The notes under the pieces were generated by a model. It worked only from the letters and a program-made list of their open reading frames with translations, was not told where the DNA came from and did not search any database. A stretch of 64,000 nucleotides of DNA from Octopus vulgaris (lineage: Eukaryota), in the NCBI GenBank assembly GCA_951406725.2, contig OX597840.1:11904001-11968000 (forward strand). The letters run 5' to 3'. The translations under genes and the position numbers were made by a program. Shown piece after piece: positions 27,976-64,000 of the stretch (positions within the stretch are counted from its first letter, which is position 1; each line of letters starts with the position of its first letter).

Positions 27976-28546
27976 GGCTCCAAGAGACACATTGTGCAGT
28001 TTGGTGCCATACGGAGCTGGCAGTCTTTTTGAAGAGGTTTCTTAAACAAATGGCACAATTTTGGCCTATTTTCATATTTTTTTTTCTATAACTTTTTAAT
28101 TTTCTCATATTTCTCTGTAAAAATGTTCAATCTGTTTTTTCTTTTTCTAAAAATATTTCTCAGGAATTTCGTATTTTTTTGGATAAATTTTCTTCCAAGT
28201 CCAAATCGTTTGCATTTTATTCGTCACAAGGTTTTTTTTTTTAGTCTCCTCAGGATGTCAAACGAAGAAATGGTGGTTCCCAATTATACTTTTGGCTTTG
28301 AAGTCCGTATTATTTATATTTCAAAGCAAGTGCTAACATATTCAATATTTCCAATATACACCCTCCCACAGGAGGAATCAAACATGTTCGTTTTAAAATG
28401 TTCATATTAGTATTTACATCTTCCCTCATAATTTTACGCAAGAAACTTCAGTTTAAATTATGATCCAAACACAATGTTAAAAATGAAAAGAAATCATTTT
28501 TTTAAAACCAAATATCTTAAAATTCTTGATTATAAGAAAACAAAAA

Positions 28547-28590
<44 letters not shown>

Positions 28591-28595
<5 letters not shown>

Positions 28596-29069
28596 TTATT
28601 ATTTGAGGGAATAAAATCCAAACTTACAAGGAAAAAGAATTCAATTTAGAAATACTAAATCAAATTCCACACAATATAATAAATATATAAAAAATATTAG
28701 AAAAAACCCCACCTTTTGTCAATTCAAAATAAATAATTAAATTACACCATCTAGAAAATTACATATAATAGAAAAGTTAAAATTAAAATAACAATTAAAA
28801 AGTAAAGATTAAGTAAATTACAAGAATAATGTAATGTATATAATAGGTACTTTACTTTTTAATTGTTATTTTAATTTTAACTTTTCTATTATATGTAATT
28901 TTCTAGATGGTGTAATTTAATTATTCATTATGAATTGATAAAAGGTGGGGTTTTTTTTTCTAATATTTTATATATATATATTATATTGTGTGGAATTTGA
29001 TTTAGTATTTCTAAATTGAATTCTTTTTCCTTGTAAGTTTGGATTTTATTCCCTCAAATAATAATAATT
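28591..29069. repeat. Foldback element, ~217-bp arms and ~42-bp spacer, flanked by (TA)n
   Basis: 28591-28807 is the reverse complement of 28850-29069 with few mismatches. Confidence 0.93.
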
Positions 29070-29077
29070 TTTTTCTA

Positions 29078-29170
<93 letters not shown>

Positions 29171-29193
29171 GTGTACATATATACATATGTATA

Positions 29194-29266
<73 letters not shown>

Positions 29267-30026
29267 GTATGTATACATATGTAAATGAAATACATAAAGG
29301 CAGTGAATTTGAGGAAAATTTTGGTCGCAACACACTCCAATGTGATGGCAAACACAATAGATTTTAACTAACCAACACTGTACCCGTACTGAGATGAGGT
29401 AAACATTGAGAACAATGCTTAAATCAACCAAATAAAGGCAAGGGAGATAACTGAAACCAAAAAAAAATTATTCATAATATTTTTTTGTTTGAAATGTTTC
29501 TGATAGATTGAAGTTCCGATTAAATATTATTGGAAATAGGCAACGTGTTTGGAACTGGGGGGAGAGGAATTTTCTGATCTTTGGTCAGACAGGTGTGACA
29601 ACTCTGGACATGTTTTTTTCTTTCTTTTTTTTTATTTATATTTATATTTTTGTCTTGGTTATATACGATTGTTTGCTGCATTGCGATTGGATAAAATGAC
29701 ATCAATGGGGAAAAAAAAAAAAATTAAAAAAGAGAAACCAAAAAAATTTGGTTTTTTTTAATGTATTGTGTCGGCATTGAGTAACACACCATTCTGCTTG
29801 TTTGACCTCCTGATATGTGACCTTTGACCTTTTGACATTTTGGACCTGGTAAAGCCACTATGTAAAGTATAAAAGTGATAGAGAAATATGAGAAATGGGC
29901 GGGGGCGGTAATATATATATATAATATAAAAATGGAACAATTGAATATTACAATAGGTTATCTGTGTATATATATATGTGTATAAATATATGTGTATAAT
30001 TATATATATATGTGTTTATATGAGTG

Positions 30027-30057
<31 letters not shown>

Positions 30058-30313
30058 GTTTAATGTATATATATATATATATATGTTAAATGTATATATA
30101 TATATATGTTAATTGTATATATATATATATATATGTTAAATGTATATATATATATATATATGTTAAATGTATATATATATATATATATGTTAAATGTGTA
30201 TATATATATATATATATATGTTTTTATATTTATATATGTATGTATGTATGTATATATGTACATATATATATATGTGTGTATATATGTGTGCGTGAATATA
30301 TATTTATACATGT

Positions 30314-59918
<29,605 letters not shown>

Positions 59919-59993
59919 CTACAAGAAAGAATACAGGTCAGTACCATACAAAATAATAAGCATAGAATAGAAAACAGGCAAAAACAGTATTGA

Positions 59994-60033
<40 letters not shown>

Positions 60034-60489
60034 TCAATATAGGGTGGCAAAAAAAAATTTTGTAGAATTTGTAGAATTTTTTTGCCACCCTATACTGATT
60101 AATTATGAATTTTTTGGTTAATTCCGTAATGGAATCGGCGGCTTATATTTATTTGCTGCCGATAAATTTGGCGCGAGTGCGACGATTTGAAAATTTTAGG
60201 TCAGATATTGACGAGGTAGCAATGAGAATGCCTCGTGAAAAATATCTGTTCCGGTTTTGGCTATTTCTTACTGATGAATCTAAGGGCCTATGGTAGATTG
60301 GCTTGATTTAATTTAATCAGGTTAGTTTTCCATTAAACTGAAGATGAAACGGTGCATCGTCTAAGAAATTACAGGGTAAATGTTTTTCAATTTTCTCCTG
60401 GTTTACAGAATTGACATTATTTTGCGGTTAAAGCTTTTGGCTGTTATTTCTAGTGGGTGAATGGCCTATTATGGCCGTTCCTTGATTGT

Positions 60490-60526
<37 letters not shown>

Positions 60527-61044
60527 AAATTAAAAAAGGAAAATACGCACACTTACATAGTTTTAATATAATTTTTAATATATCGACCGGTTTCGCTATC
60601 GCTATTCATGATATTATGTTTTACTTATTTGAATGTATATTTTTTCTTAAGAAGAAATTTGGTCCATGTTGTGTGTGATGAAATTCATGAGTGAATGACT
60701 TCACAAGTAGATAAATAAAGGGAGGTATATATATATATATATATATATATATTTCTTTTTTCTCACTCTAATCAAACCTCCCAAAACTCACCACATACAT
60801 ACTTATACGCACATGCTCACAGAAAGATAAACAGATAGACAGACAGACATATGCACACACACGTGTATATGTGTATTTAATACGTTTTTCGCTGTATTGT
60901 GTAAGCGTTACTTTTTGTATTTGTTACTTATTGTTAATCTTGTATAAAAATGAAGCTGTGTCCTTTAATTTGCTGCTTTTCAATACACAAACCAAGAAGA
61001 TACCTTGCAGAACAGTCTAAGCATTTCGCCTGGCGTACTAACGA

Positions 61045-64000
61045 TAACATAACATAACACAACACAATATAATATAATATAATATAATAAAATATAATAT
61101 AATATAACATCACATAATATAATATAATATAATATAATATAATATAATATAATATAATATAATATAATATAATATAATATAATATAATATAATATAATAT
61201 AATATAACATCACATAATATAATATAATATAATATAATATAATATAATATAATATAATATAATATAACATCACATAATATAATATAATATAATATAATAT
61301 AATATAATATAATATAATATAATATAATATAATATAATATAATATAATATAATATAATATAATATAATATCACATAATATAATATAATATAATATAATAT
61401 AATATAATATAATATAATATAACATCACATAATATAATATAATATAATATAATATAATATAATATAATATAATATAATATAATATAATATAATATAATAT
61501 AATATAATATAATATAATATAATATAATATAATATAATATAATATAATATAATATAACATCACATAATATAATATAATATAATATAATATAATATAATAT
61601 AATATAATATAATATAATATAATATAATATAATATAATATAATATAATATAATATAATATAATATAATATAATATAACATCACATAATATAATATAATAT
61701 AATATAATATAATATAATATAATATAATATAATATAATATAATATAATATAATATAATATAATATAATATAATATAACATCACATAATATAATATAATAT
61801 AATATAATATAATATAATATAATATAATATAACATCACATAATATAATATAATATAATATAATATAATATAATATAATATAATATAATATAATATAATAT
61901 AATATAATATAATATAATATAATATAATATAATATAATATAATATAATATAATATAATATAATATAATATAATATCACATAATATAATATAATATAATAT
62001 AATATAATATAATATAATATAATATAATATAACATCACATAATATAATATAATATAATATAATATAATATAATATAATATAATATAATATAATATAATAT
62101 AATATAATATAATATAATATAATATAATATAACATCACATAATATAATATAATATAATATAATATAATATAATATAATATAATATAATATAACATCACAT
62201 AATATAATATAATATAATATAATATAATATAATATAATATAATATAATATAACATCACATAATATAATATAATATAATATAATATAATATAATATAATAT
62301 AATATAATATAATATAATATAATATAATATAATATAATATAATATAATATAACATCACATAATATAATATAATATAATATAATATAATATAATATAATAT
62401 AATATAATATAACATCACATAATATAATATAATATAATATAATATAATATAATATAATATAATATAATATAATATAATATAATATAATATAATATAATAT
62501 AATATAATATAACATCACATAATATAATATAATATAATATAATATAATATAATATAATATAATATAACATCACATAATATAATATAATATAATATAATAT
62601 AATATAATATAATATAATATAATATAATATAATATAATATAATATAATATAATATAATATAATATAATATAATATAATATAATATAATATAATATAATAT
62701 AATATAACATCACATAATATAATATAATATAATATAATATAATATAATATAATATAATATAATATAATATAATATAATATAATATAATATAATATAATAT
62801 AATATAATATAATATAATATAATATAATATAATATAACATCACATAATATAATATAATATAATATAATATAATATAATATAATATAATATAATATAATAT
62901 AATATAATATAATATAATATAATATAATATAATATAACATCACATAATATAATATAATATAATATAATATAATATAATATAATATAATATAACATCACAT
63001 AATATAATATAATATAATATAATATAATATAATATAATATAATATAATATAATATAATATAATATAATATAATATAATATAATATAATATAATATAATAT
63101 AATATAATATAATATAATATAATATAATATAACATCACATAATATAATATAATATAATATAATATAATATAATATAATATAATATAATATAACATCATAA
63201 TATAATATAATATAATATAATATAATATAATATAATATAATATAATATAATATAATATAATATAATATAATATAATATAATATAATATAACATCACATAA
63301 TATAATATAATATAATATAATATAATATAATATAATATAATATAATATAACATCACATAATATAATATAATATAATATAATATAATATAATATAATATAA
63401 TATAATATAACATCACATAATATAATATAATATAATATAATATAATATAATATAATATAATATAATATAATATAATATAATATAATATAATATAATATAA
63501 TATAATATAATATAACATCACATAATATAATATAATATAATATAATATAATATAATATAATATAATATAATATAATATAATATAATATAATATAATATAA
63601 CATCACATAATATAATATAATATAATATAATATAATATAATATAATATAATATAATATAATATAATATAATATAACATAATATAATATAATATAATATAA
63701 TATAATATAATATAATATAATATAATATAATATAATATAATATAATATAATATAATATAACATCACATAATATAATATAATATAATATAATATAATATAA
63801 TATAATATAATATAATATAATATAACATCACATAATATAATATAATATAATATAATATAATATAATATAATATAATATAATATAATATAATATAACATCA
63901 CATAATATAATATAATATAATATAATATAATATAATATAATATAATATAATATAACATCACATAATATAATATAATATAATATAATATAATATAATATAA
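61045..64000. repeat. (ATAAT)n pentanucleotide satellite with recurrent ATAACATCAC variant
   Basis: direct reading; runs off the window end. Confidence 0.97.

Noticed and set aside
60980-63961. YYIIL-repeat ORFs
   Set aside because: Translation of the ATAAT satellite.

Overview
AT-rich, microsatellite- and SINE-dense metazoan DNA. The repeat families look like octopus/coleoid cephalopod ones (inference). The right half holds the 3' part of a minus-strand gene. By hand I joined 17 exons with canonical GT-AG sites and consistent phases (59918 down to the stop at 30314; 2856 nt, 951 aa). They encode the RIH-associated domain, the channel domain, the C2H2 zinc finger and the C-terminal tail of an IP3-receptor/ryanodine-receptor family Ca2+-release channel. 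The protein is strongly divergent: the pore reads YGLIGD instead of GLRSGGGVGD (IP3R) or GVRAGGGIGD (RyR), the luminal loop is short, the CQGPC motif is lost, and there is a ~230-aa Ser/Pro/Arg-rich C-terminal extension. The 5' part of the gene lies beyond the window. The left half has no recognisable protein gene, only SINEs, MITEs, R4/Dong-like LINE ends inside TAA repeats, minisatellites, long palindromes and a few candidate + strand micro-exons. Other notable items: a textbook minimal hammerhead ribozyme motif (5289-5327), non-autonomous Helitrons (one possibly carrying Penelope GIY-YIG and mariner fragments), and a >2.9 kb (ATAAT)n satellite at the right edge. Almost all ORFs in the supplied track are translated microsatellites. 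Repeat boundaries are approximate; exon boundaries were read base by base.
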